From positions 352,001 to 416,000 of the forward strand of contig JBMNIH010000004.1 in the NCBI GenBank assembly GCA_050950825.1: 64,000 nt of DNA, given 5' to 3'. The notes below the pieces were generated by a model. It saw only the letters and a list, made by a program, of their open reading frames with translations. It was not told the origin of the DNA and did no database searches. Positions within the stretch are counted from its first letter, which is position 1; every line of letters starts with the position of its first letter. The position numbers and the translations under genes were made by a program. The stretch is from Clostridia bacterium (lineage in GTDB: Bacteria; Bacillota; Clostridia; JAAYHZ01). Below, piece by piece: positions 1 through 8,524 of the stretch.

Positions 1-608
1 GCATCTATGACTTTTTAACCCGCGATCATTTGGAAGCGGCGGACAAAAACGGTTGGATCGTGATGCTTCACATACCCCGCAACGATCGGTTAAAGGATCC
101 TTTGAACATTGCGCAGATGACGGAAATCGATCGAACCTACAAGAACGCAAAAGTCATTATCGCTCATGTAGGCCGTGCCTATTGCTTTGAAGATGTGGGG
201 GACGCCTTTGAGCATTTGAGAAAAACCGAAAGGCTCTATTTCGACATCAGCGCAAACTGCAACGAACAGGTTTTCACGGAGCTTTTAAAAAACATCGATC
301 GCAAGCGTATTCTTTTCGGAAGCGATTTGCCCATTCTTAAAATGCGAACCAAACGAATTTGCGAAAACGGTATGTATATTAACTTGATACCGAAGGGACT
401 GTACGGAGATGTCTCCGGGGATCCCCACATGCGGGAGTGCACGGGAGAGATTGCGGAGCAGATGACCCTTTTCATGTACGAAGAAATCGACGCTTTCCGA
501 AAAGCCACGCTCAATACGGGGCTCAAAGAAGGTGCCGTTGAAGACATTTTTTACAACAACGCATGCCGTATGCTTCGGGAAGCCGGATTTACGGAAGATT
601 TGGATTAG
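1..608 (+). CDS. Amidohydrolase-family (TIM-barrel metallo-hydrolase) protein, 5' end outside the window
   Basis: Frame is open back to the window edge. Motifs MLHIP, IAHVGRAY, FDISA, ILFGSDLP and the terminal IFYNNA fit amidohydro_2-like proteins. Confidence 0.75.
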   Translation, partial: IYDFLTRDHLEAADKNGWIVMLHIPRNDRLKDPLNIAQMTEIDRTYKNAKVIIAHVGRAYCFEDVGDAFEHLRKTERLYFDISANCNEQVFTELLKNIDRKRILFGSDLPILKMRTKRICENGMYINLIPKGLYGDVSGDPHMRECTGEIAEQMTLFMYEEIDAFRKATLNTGLKEGAVEDIFYNNACRMLREAGFTEDLD

Positions 609-623
609 AAAGGAAGGGTTTAT

Positions 624-2003
624 ATGATCAAGGTGGGGTTACTGTCCTTTTACTTAAAGCTTTACGATGATACATCACCTACGACAAGGAAGGAATTTGA
701 CGGTTTTATGGATGAGATCAAAAAGCTTTTGGAGGACAAAGGCTTGCACATTGTTGCAAGTCCCGTGTGTCGAATTGAAAAGGAATTCGAGGAGGCGGCA
801 AAGCTTTTTGACGCTCAGGATGTGGATGCCGTTGTCACGCTCCATTTGGCTTATTCTCCTTCTTTGGAATCGGCGAACGTATTAAAGTCTTTAAAGGTAC
901 CCGTCATTGTATTGGATACCACGCCGGACGAAAGCTTTTCCATGGAGCAAACGGCGGACCGGATTATGTTTAATCATGGTATACACGGTGTTCAGGATAT
1001 GTGCAACCTGCTGCTTCGAAACGGTGTTCCCTTCCATATATGCGCAGGACACTACAAAACCTCCGACTGCTTGGACCGGGTTGCAATATTTGCAAAAGCC
1101 GCCCATATGGCGAAGCGTTTTAAGACCTGCAATATAGGGATTATCGGTTCACCTTTTGCCGGCATGGGAGACTTTGGCATCGGCTTTGACGTCATGAAGG
1201 AAAGCTTCGGTTTCCGGATTACTCCATTCCCGGTAAACGAATACCGTCGTTATGCGGACATGATTAATGAAGAAGATATCCGAAGAGAATACGAAAGGAA
1301 TTTGGAGCGGTTTGTCGTCGAAGTGGAACCGGAGTACCATAAGAAAGCCCTTCTTCCCAATTTGGTTGTACGAAAATGGATGGAAGAAAACCGGCTGGAC
1401 GGATTCACCGCCAACTTTTTGGATATTCGACCCGAAAACGGTTTTACATCCATGCCTTTTCTGGAGGCGTCGGAGCAACTGTCCATTGGAAAGGGATATG
1501 CGGGAGAGGGCGACGTTTTAACGGCCGCATTGACGGCATCCTTGATGTCGGTTTTCAAGAACACTTCTTTTATGGAAATGTTTTGTCCCGATTGGCGCAA
1601 TAACGCGATATTTGTAAGCCACATGGGAGAAATGAACCTGAACTTATGCCATGACAAACCGATTCTAAGGAAAAAACCCTTCCCGTATACCGATGCGGAG
1701 GATCCCATCGCCGCATACGGAGGATTTCGAGCCGGAACCTGCATATTGACGGATCTTGCGCCGGCAGGAGGCGGCAAGTACAACTTGATATTATCCAAAG
1801 TACAAATGCTGGAGCCTCAAGTAAGCACGGATCTTAAAAATTCAATACACGGTTGGTTTAAACCGGAAGTACCCCTTCCCGAATTTTTGGAAGAATACAG
1901 CCGCAACGGAGGAACCCACCATTTGGCATGCGTCTATACGGACGAATTGGAAATCTTGAAGGCCTTCGGCAAGATGATGGGCTTTCATGTAGTTGTTATC
2001 TGA
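624..2003 (+). CDS. L-arabinose/L-fucose isomerase-family sugar isomerase
   Basis: AraA-type metal/catalytic residues appear present: GYAGEGD, FMEM, SHMGE, GTHH; also AYSPS and HGIHG. RBS AGGAAGG. Confidence 0.8.
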   Translation: MIKVGLLSFYLKLYDDTSPTTRKEFDGFMDEIKKLLEDKGLHIVASPVCRIEKEFEEAAKLFDAQDVDAVVTLHLAYSPSLESANVLKSLKVPVIVLDTTPDESFSMEQTADRIMFNHGIHGVQDMCNLLLRNGVPFHICAGHYKTSDCLDRVAIFAKAAHMAKRFKTCNIGIIGSPFAGMGDFGIGFDVMKESFGFRITPFPVNEYRRYADMINEEDIRREYERNLERFVVEVEPEYHKKALLPNLVVRKWMEENRLDGFTANFLDIRPENGFTSMPFLEASEQLSIGKGYAGEGDVLTAALTASLMSVFKNTSFMEMFCPDWRNNAIFVSHMGEMNLNLCHDKPILRKKPFPYTDAEDPIAAYGGFRAGTCILTDLAPAGGGKYNLILSKVQMLEPQVSTDLKNSIHGWFKPEVPLPEFLEEYSRNGGTHHLACVYTDELEILKAFGKMMGFHVVVI

Positions 2004-2025
2004 TTTGTTGGAAAGGATAAAGGTT

Positions 2026-2559
2026 ATGGGAAACAACGAACGATTTTCACCCCAGCTGGTTATGCGTTTGGAAGGCTTTGATTCATTGCCTTCCTTGGAG
2101 CTTCCGGAAGGATACACGGTTCGAGCCGCAAGGCCGGGAGAAGAGTCCTTTTGGGTGGACATCATTAACGATTCCTTCGGCTATTCGGAGAATCGGTCCT
2201 TTAACGATTTGAAAAAAGAGCCTTGTTTTTCTTACGACCGGGTGTTTTATGTCTGTTATAATGACATCCCCGTAGGAACGGCGTCTTCATGGCACAGGAA
2301 GGAATGGGGAGAGGATGTTGCCTATCTTCATATGGTGGGCGTAAAGAAAGAATTTCAAGGAAAAAAACTGGGCTACTATGTAAGCCTGAAGGCCTTGCTG
2401 GATATGAAGGAAAGAGGGTATAAGGCTTGTGTGCTGCAAACGGACGACTTTCGTGAGGCGGCAATCAAAACATATTTGCGCCTAGGCTTCGATCCGTATA
2501 TTACTCATGAAAATCATCCCGAAAGATGGGTCCGTATTCGGAAAAATTTAAACATTTAA
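2026..2559 (+). CDS. GNAT-family N-acetyltransferase
   Basis: Acetyl-CoA motif A VGVKKEFQGKKLG and C-terminal AAIKTYLRLGF. ATG 2026 follows AAGG-containing purine tract. Confidence 0.85.
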   Translation: MGNNERFSPQLVMRLEGFDSLPSLELPEGYTVRAARPGEESFWVDIINDSFGYSENRSFNDLKKEPCFSYDRVFYVCYNDIPVGTASSWHRKEWGEDVAYLHMVGVKKEFQGKKLGYYVSLKALLDMKERGYKACVLQTDDFREAAIKTYLRLGFDPYITHENHPERWVRIRKNLNI

Positions 2560-2586
2560 AATTCGGAAAAAAGCGAGGGAATCATC

Positions 2587-3831
2587 ATGATCAAAGTAGG
2601 AGTTGTGGGTGTCCGAAGAGGGAGTTCTTTCATCAATAGCGCCAAAGAAACAGGCATGGAGCTGGTGGCCATATGCGATATTTGGGAAGAAAAGCTCCAT
2701 GAAGCCGGTAAAAGGTACAATGTGGCAACCTATACCGATTACGACAAGTTTTTGGAGCATGATATGGATGCCGTCATTCTGGCCAATTATTTTCACCAAC
2801 ATGCTCCCTTTGCCATCAAAGCGTTGGATGCGGGATTTCACGTCATGAGTGAAACAACGGCGGTCATTACCATGGCGGAAGGTGTCGCTCTCATCAACAA
2901 GGTAGAAGAAACGAAAAAGATCTATATGTTGGCGGAAAATTACCCGTACTTTCGGTACAACCAAGAAATGCGTAGGCTTTATCGAGAAGGTGAAATCGGA
3001 GAAATGGTGTACGGAGAAGGAGAATACGTTCACCCCATGTCCGTAGAAGACAAAAACAAAATTTCTCCGGGGTTCCGGCATTGGAGAAACAACCTTCCGG
3101 CAACCTATTACAACACCCATGCATTGGCACCGATTATGTACATAACCGACACGATTCCCGTAAAGGTCAATGCTCTGTGCATTCCGTATTTGGATTCCGA
3201 TGAGCAAACTCCGTTGCTGCCCCAAAAGGGGGATACGAGCTCCGTCATATTGACCCGTATGAACAACGAATCCGTGGTTCGGACCATCGGAGTCAATTTA
3301 AGAGGGCACGGCAACTGGTATAGAATTCACGGAACCCGAGGCTTGATGGAAAACTTACGGACCTTTGACCAACAAATGCTGCGGGTAAAACACGACGCTT
3401 TTGAAATGAGGGAAGGAGAGGTCGAAGAAAGAATCTACAAGCCTGAGTTTCCGATTCTTGCGGATGCAGCCAAAAGGACCGGACACGGTGGAGGCGATTT
3501 TTATACCGACTACTTTTTTGCCGAAGCCATACGGACCGGAAAAACGCCGTATTTTGACGTGTACCGCGCCGTTGCCATGTCCGCCGTTGCCATCCAAGGC
3601 TACAAGTCGGCTTATGCACACGGTGCGCCTTACGAAATCCCCGACTTTAAGAACAGTCTTTCGGCAAGAGAAGAATACAAAAACGACAATTGGTGTCCCA
3701 TGCCGGAATTTAAGGATGTTCAGCCGAACCAGCCTTACCCCAGTGTGTACGGCGACAAGTCCATAACCGAGGAGGCCAAAGCATTGGCAAAAAAGTATTG
3801 GAAAGAAATCGGATACGAAGAGAAAGAATAG
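2587..3831 (+). CDS. Gfo/Idh/MocA NAD(P)-dependent oxidoreductase, GH109-like (copy 1)
   Basis: Rossmann start IKVGVVG; HAPFAIKALDAGFHVMSE; ENYPY, GEGEYVH, YNTHALAP and GHGGGD resemble GH109 motifs. Confidence 0.85.
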   Translation: MIKVGVVGVRRGSSFINSAKETGMELVAICDIWEEKLHEAGKRYNVATYTDYDKFLEHDMDAVILANYFHQHAPFAIKALDAGFHVMSETTAVITMAEGVALINKVEETKKIYMLAENYPYFRYNQEMRRLYREGEIGEMVYGEGEYVHPMSVEDKNKISPGFRHWRNNLPATYYNTHALAPIMYITDTIPVKVNALCIPYLDSDEQTPLLPQKGDTSSVILTRMNNESVVRTIGVNLRGHGNWYRIHGTRGLMENLRTFDQQMLRVKHDAFEMREGEVEERIYKPEFPILADAAKRTGHGGGDFYTDYFFAEAIRTGKTPYFDVYRAVAMSAVAIQGYKSAYAHGAPYEIPDFKNSLSAREEYKNDNWCPMPEFKDVQPNQPYPSVYGDKSITEEAKALAKKYWKEIGYEEKE

Positions 3832-3858
3832 AGAACGGAGAAAAGGGGGAAGGTCGCT

Positions 3859-5106
3859 ATGATTAAAGTAGGAGTGGTAGGCGTCGGAAGAGGGCGTACG
3901 TTTATCAACAGCGCCAAGGATACGGGTATGGAGCTAGTCGCATTATGCGATATTTGGGAAGAAAAGCTTAATGAGATCGGAAAGCAGTACAACGTGGCAA
4001 CCTACACCGATTTCGACAAGTTTTTGGAACACGACATGGATGCCGTTATTCTCGCCAACTATTTTCACCGGCATGCACCCTTTGCCATCAAAGCATTGGA
4101 TGCGGGATTGCACGTTATGAGTGAAACGACGGCGGTGATAACCATGGCGGAAGGCGTCGCTCTTATCAACAAGGTGGAGGAAACGGGTAAGGTCTATATG
4201 TTGGCGGAAAACTACCCGTACTTTCGATACAACCAAGAGATGCGAAGGCTTTATCAAGAGGGCGAAATCGGGGAAATGGTGTACGGAGAAGGGGAGTACA
4301 TCCATCCGGATTCGGTGGAGGCAAGAAACAAGCGAGCCCCCGGATTTAACCACTGGAGAAACCTTTTGCCTGCCACCTACTACAATACCCATGCATTGGC
4401 GCCGATTATGTATATAACCGACACGATTCCGGTAACGGTGAATGCCCTTTGCATTCCGTTCTTTGATTCCGACGAGCAATCCTCGCTGCTTCCTAAAAAA
4501 AGCGACATGAGCTCCGTCATATTGACCCGTATGAACAACGAATCCGTGGTCCGAACCATCGGAGTCAATTTAAGAGGGCACGGCAACTGGTACCGCATTC
4601 ACGGAACCCGGGGCTTGATGGAGAATTTGAGGACCTTTGACCAACAAATGCTGCGAGTGAAGCATGACGCTTTTGAGCTTCGGGAAGGGGAAACGGAAGA
4701 AAAAATCTACAAACCGGAGTTTCCGGTTCTTGCGAACATAGCGAAAACCACCGGCCACGGAGGAGGCGACTTTTTTACCGATTACCATTTTGCCGAAGCC
4801 ATACGGACCGGCAAAACGCCGTATTTTGACGTATATCGTGCCGTTGCCATGTCCGCCGTCGCCATCCAAGGCTACAAGTCGGCTCACGAACACGGTGCGC
4901 CTTACGAGATTCCTGACTTTAAGAACAGCCTATCGGCAAGAGAAAAATACAAGAACGACAATTGGTGTCCCATGCCGGAGTTTAGGGACCTTCAGCCGAA
5001 CCAACCCTACCCCAGTGTTTACGGCGACAGACCCATAACTGAAGAAGCAAAGGCATTGGCGAGGAAGCATTGGCAAGAGATCGGATACAAAGGAGAGGAT
5101 TTGTGA
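3859..5106 (+). CDS. Gfo/Idh/MocA NAD(P)-dependent oxidoreductase, GH109-like (copy 2, tandem paralogue)
   Basis: Colinear with and highly similar to 2587-3831 at offset 1272 bp, with the same motifs. Confidence 0.85.
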   Translation: MIKVGVVGVGRGRTFINSAKDTGMELVALCDIWEEKLNEIGKQYNVATYTDFDKFLEHDMDAVILANYFHRHAPFAIKALDAGLHVMSETTAVITMAEGVALINKVEETGKVYMLAENYPYFRYNQEMRRLYQEGEIGEMVYGEGEYIHPDSVEARNKRAPGFNHWRNLLPATYYNTHALAPIMYITDTIPVTVNALCIPFFDSDEQSSLLPKKSDMSSVILTRMNNESVVRTIGVNLRGHGNWYRIHGTRGLMENLRTFDQQMLRVKHDAFELREGETEEKIYKPEFPVLANIAKTTGHGGGDFFTDYHFAEAIRTGKTPYFDVYRAVAMSAVAIQGYKSAHEHGAPYEIPDFKNSLSAREKYKNDNWCPMPEFRDLQPNQPYPSVYGDRPITEEAKALARKHWQEIGYKGEDL

Positions 5107-6578
5107 CGAATCGATATTACATTGGCATTGACTGCGGTACCAGCGGTACGAAAACCGTATTGATTTGCGACTCGGGAGAGATCGTATCGAAAGCCTATTG
5201 CGGATACCCGTTAATAAAGCCGGGGAAATACATGGTGGAGCAGGACGCGAACCGGTGGTGGGAAGCCGTTGTACAAACGGTGTTAAGCTGCTGCCAAGGA
5301 ATCGATAAGAAAAAGGTCAAGGCGATGGCGGTATCCGCCCAAGCGGGATGCGCGGTCCCCGTTAAGAACGGAGCTCCGTTGGATAATGCGCTTTCTTGGT
5401 TGGATGCCAGAGCCCACGAGGTCACGCAGCGGTATTTCGGGTTATTAGGAAACGATACGGTATACGGGAAAACCGGATGGCCCGTATCCGCCGGTATGAC
5501 CTTTCCGAAAATCATTTGGTACAAGGAAAACAAGCCCTCGATTTTCGAAGCGGCGGATAAGTTCTTGTCAACGGTGGATTACATCAATTTCAAGCTTACC
5601 GGCGAATACGTTATCGATCCGAGCAATGCCGCTTTAACCCAGTGCTACAATTTGGTCGACAACGATTGGGATCAAGACATTTTGGGATTGATTGACTTTG
5701 ATAAAGAAAAGCTGCCTGAGATTCTGGATTCCGGTAAATTAATCGGAAAGCTGACTTCCCAAGCGGCAAAAGAATTGAACCTTTCGGAAGATACCTTGGT
5801 CTATTCCGGAGGTCACGATCAATACTGCGTTGCCGCCGGTGCCGGTGTTTTTACCCCGGGAGAAATGCTGATCGCCACCGGAACCGCGTGGGTAAATCTA
5901 GCGGCTTCCGACAGGCCTGTTTTCGATACGGAAAACCATTTGACGCCCGGAAGGCACGTAAGAGAAAATACATGGGGGCTTTTGACATCCGTTCCCGCAG
6001 CCGGAGCCTCCATGGAATGGTTTAACGACAACTTCGGACAACGAGCATCGGAGGAAAAGGAAGATTCGAAGGAAAGCTTCGGGAAGATCGACTCCGTATG
6101 CAGCGAAAGAATGACGCAAGATTCCGGTGTGATGTTTTACCCCGGACAAACGCGTGTAAGCGGAAAAAGAGGGGCTTTTATAGGATTGGGGCTGGAACAC
6201 GATCGCTACGATTTGTTTTTGGCCATCATGGAAGCCGCCGCTTTTGAAGTACGGATCAAGGTTCAAGCCTTTGAAAAAGTAATCGGGGGCATTCGTTACC
6301 CCATAATGACAGGAGGTGCAGCAAAAAGCAATTTGTGGAGAACCATTTGTGCATCGGTGTTGGATAGGGAGATTTATGCCGTACGCGAACCGGATATGGC
6401 CGCCATCGGGGCGGCGCTTGTTGCGGCATTCGGATACGGCGAATTTGAGGACCTGACAAAAAGCGTCAAAAGGATAAAAATAGAGAGAATCCATGTATCA
6501 CCGGATCCGAATTATGTAAAAAGGTATCGCGAAAAATACGGCAAGTACCTGGAATTTCGAAGGTTTTGTTTGGAGTAG
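5103..6578 (+). CDS. FGGY-family carbohydrate kinase (xylulokinase-like)
   Basis: YIGIDCGTSGTK, SWLDARA, GGHDQ, ATGT and TGGAAKS motifs. GTG 5103 overlaps the upstream stop (GTGA) and follows RBS GGAGAGG. Confidence 0.9.
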   Translation: MTNRYYIGIDCGTSGTKTVLICDSGEIVSKAYCGYPLIKPGKYMVEQDANRWWEAVVQTVLSCCQGIDKKKVKAMAVSAQAGCAVPVKNGAPLDNALSWLDARAHEVTQRYFGLLGNDTVYGKTGWPVSAGMTFPKIIWYKENKPSIFEAADKFLSTVDYINFKLTGEYVIDPSNAALTQCYNLVDNDWDQDILGLIDFDKEKLPEILDSGKLIGKLTSQAAKELNLSEDTLVYSGGHDQYCVAAGAGVFTPGEMLIATGTAWVNLAASDRPVFDTENHLTPGRHVRENTWGLLTSVPAAGASMEWFNDNFGQRASEEKEDSKESFGKIDSVCSERMTQDSGVMFYPGQTRVSGKRGAFIGLGLEHDRYDLFLAIMEAAAFEVRIKVQAFEKVIGGIRYPIMTGGAAKSNLWRTICASVLDREIYAVREPDMAAIGAALVAAFGYGEFEDLTKSVKRIKIERIHVSPDPNYVKRYREKYGKYLEFRRFCLE

Positions 6579-6681
6579 AAATATTTTATCGGGTTAAAAG
6601 TTTCATACTTCGTTAGTACTACAGCAGTTAGCCCGGTATCGTTGCGGTAAAAAAAGAAAAAACACGATAGAGGTGAATAAG

Positions 6682-8424
6682 ATGAAAAAGCTGTTGTGTA
6701 TGTTATTGGTTGTGTTGATTCTTTTTTCTCTGGCTGCATGCGCAAAAAAAGAATCAAACGGGGTTTCAAACGATGTGACCACCGCCCAAGAGGAGGATCC
6801 GTTCAAGGAGTTTTATGAAATCTCTTGGTTGGTGCAGTACACGAAGGATTACGAAGAAGGACGTTGGGACGAGTTGGAGCTTGAACAAAAGTTCAACATC
6901 GATTTGAAGGTATGGAACGTGGATTATGACAATGCGGAAGAGCTGACCCTCATGGTATCCGCAGGAGACGTTCCGGATATGGGTTTCTATCCGAAGGACC
7001 CCATTGAACTGTACGAGCAGGGTTTAACAAGAACCATCAACATGGACTTGATCAAAAAGTATCTTCCGGGATATTACAAGATCATTGAGGAATATCCGAT
7101 CGGCCTTATGTTTAACAAGGTACCGGATACGGAAAACGAATACTACGGAATTACCATGGCCTCCGCGTTGAGCAAGTTCTACTATTTCAACCACGCACTG
7201 CGTTTGGATTGGCTGGAGAATCTCGGATACACCATTGACGATTTGACGGTCTTCGACGTTCCGGATAACTTTAACGAGTACGGCAATTTCGACAATAACA
7301 TCTTCTTCTCCAACCGTACCTTCTCCTACGAGGAATTTTTGGACATTAATAAAAGGTTTACGGAAGACGACCCGGACGGTAACGGCGTGGACGATACCTA
7401 CTTTGGAATCAGCCTCGGCTTCCATACATGGAACCGTCTGACATTGGCGACCTTCGGGTTATCCATTGACGGGAATCATTTGTATAAGGACACCTTGACG
7501 GGAGACGTGGTACCCTATTACGCTTACGAAGGCTTCCGAGATTTTCTCGTATGGGAAACCGACGCATTGGAAAAAGGGTACATAAGAAAGCTGCCGGGAG
7601 TGGACAATTGGCAAAACGAAGTCTTTGCGGTATGGGCTAGCGGAAAGCACGGTTACTACGAATTGTCCGCACAAGACGTATTTGCCGAATACAAACCGGA
7701 ATACTCCATGTCCTTGGCTCCCGCATCGGTTTTAAAGGAAGACAACGACGCGAAATTCATCATATTCCCGGGCTTTATCGGTCCTTTGGGAATCGGAGGG
7801 AACACCCGGTACTCACCTACGCCTTACAGGGCCGGCGCTTGGGGTACTTGGAAAATCGCCAAAGAAGTTTCCGACGAAAAGTTGGCGAGAATATTGCAGA
7901 TGATGGAGTACACCCACTTTGATAAAGATGCATATATGCGGTATTTTTACGGTATCGAAGGCATCCATTACAAGTGGTTGGGAGAACCCGGGAAAAGCTC
8001 CATCTTAACAATCCCGAATGAACAGGTTCCCGAACAATACCGCTCGAAAGCCCCGATGAATATTTTCGCTTCCAACAAGTTCTTGATGGATATGTCCATT
8101 TGGACGCTGTTCAGCTCCTACTACTACACGTGGCATTTCTACCAAGAAGAAAACGGTTGGAGTAAATACGACATCGAGCCGTACAAATATTTGGATCGGA
8201 TGTACTTTACGGATGAGCTGTGGCAGCAATACGAAAAAGTAAGCCAAGAAGTTTCCGAAGGTATAAATGCCGTTCGTAACGATTTTTGGAACCGGGCTCA
8301 TGAAGGACAGATTGCAAACATTAACCAAGAGTGGTCCGTTTACATCGATAATCTGCACAAGAACGGACTGGACAAATTGGTTGAAATATTCAACAGCAAG
8401 GATATGGCGGAATTTTTGAAATAA
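6682..8424 (+). CDS. Carbohydrate ABC-type extracellular solute-binding lipoprotein (LplA-like)
   Basis: Lipobox LAAC after hydrophobic signal; LMVSAGDVPD, RLDWLENLG, DPDGNGVDDTY and YGIEGIHY are typical of this SBP family. RBS GAGGTG. Confidence 0.85.
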   Translation: MKKLLCMLLVVLILFSLAACAKKESNGVSNDVTTAQEEDPFKEFYEISWLVQYTKDYEEGRWDELELEQKFNIDLKVWNVDYDNAEELTLMVSAGDVPDMGFYPKDPIELYEQGLTRTINMDLIKKYLPGYYKIIEEYPIGLMFNKVPDTENEYYGITMASALSKFYYFNHALRLDWLENLGYTIDDLTVFDVPDNFNEYGNFDNNIFFSNRTFSYEEFLDINKRFTEDDPDGNGVDDTYFGISLGFHTWNRLTLATFGLSIDGNHLYKDTLTGDVVPYYAYEGFRDFLVWETDALEKGYIRKLPGVDNWQNEVFAVWASGKHGYYELSAQDVFAEYKPEYSMSLAPASVLKEDNDAKFIIFPGFIGPLGIGGNTRYSPTPYRAGAWGTWKIAKEVSDEKLARILQMMEYTHFDKDAYMRYFYGIEGIHYKWLGEPGKSSILTIPNEQVPEQYRSKAPMNIFASNKFLMDMSIWTLFSSYYYTWHFYQEENGWSKYDIEPYKYLDRMYFTDELWQQYEKVSQEVSEGINAVRNDFWNRAHEGQIANINQEWSVYIDNLHKNGLDKLVEIFNSKDMAEFLK

Positions 8425-8466
8425 TACGGGTTTGATGCCATATAGGAAGGATACAAGTACGGTGAA

Positions 8467-8496
8467 TGACGGGCATGATAACCCACATGCCCGTCA
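8467..8496 (+). other. Strong intergenic stem-loop 3' of SBP gene (probable mRNA stabiliser)
   Basis: Perfect 11-bp stem TGACGGGCATG-N8-CATGCCCGTCA with no U-tract. Confidence 0.6.
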
Positions 8497-8524
8497 ACCG
8501 TTCATAATGGAAGGGATGGATAAC

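Larger units (their letters stand above)
2587..5106 (+). repeat. Tandem gene duplication (about 1.27 kb unit)
   Basis: Long near-identical DNA tracts, e.g. 3237-3320 vs 4509-4592 (84 bp, 2 mismatches by eye). Confidence 0.9.

Noticed and set aside
2548-4893. Repeated antisense ORFs (2548-3225, 3943-4479 and others) similar to each other
   Set aside because: Shadows of the duplicated Gfo/Idh/MocA genes, with no RBS or family motifs.
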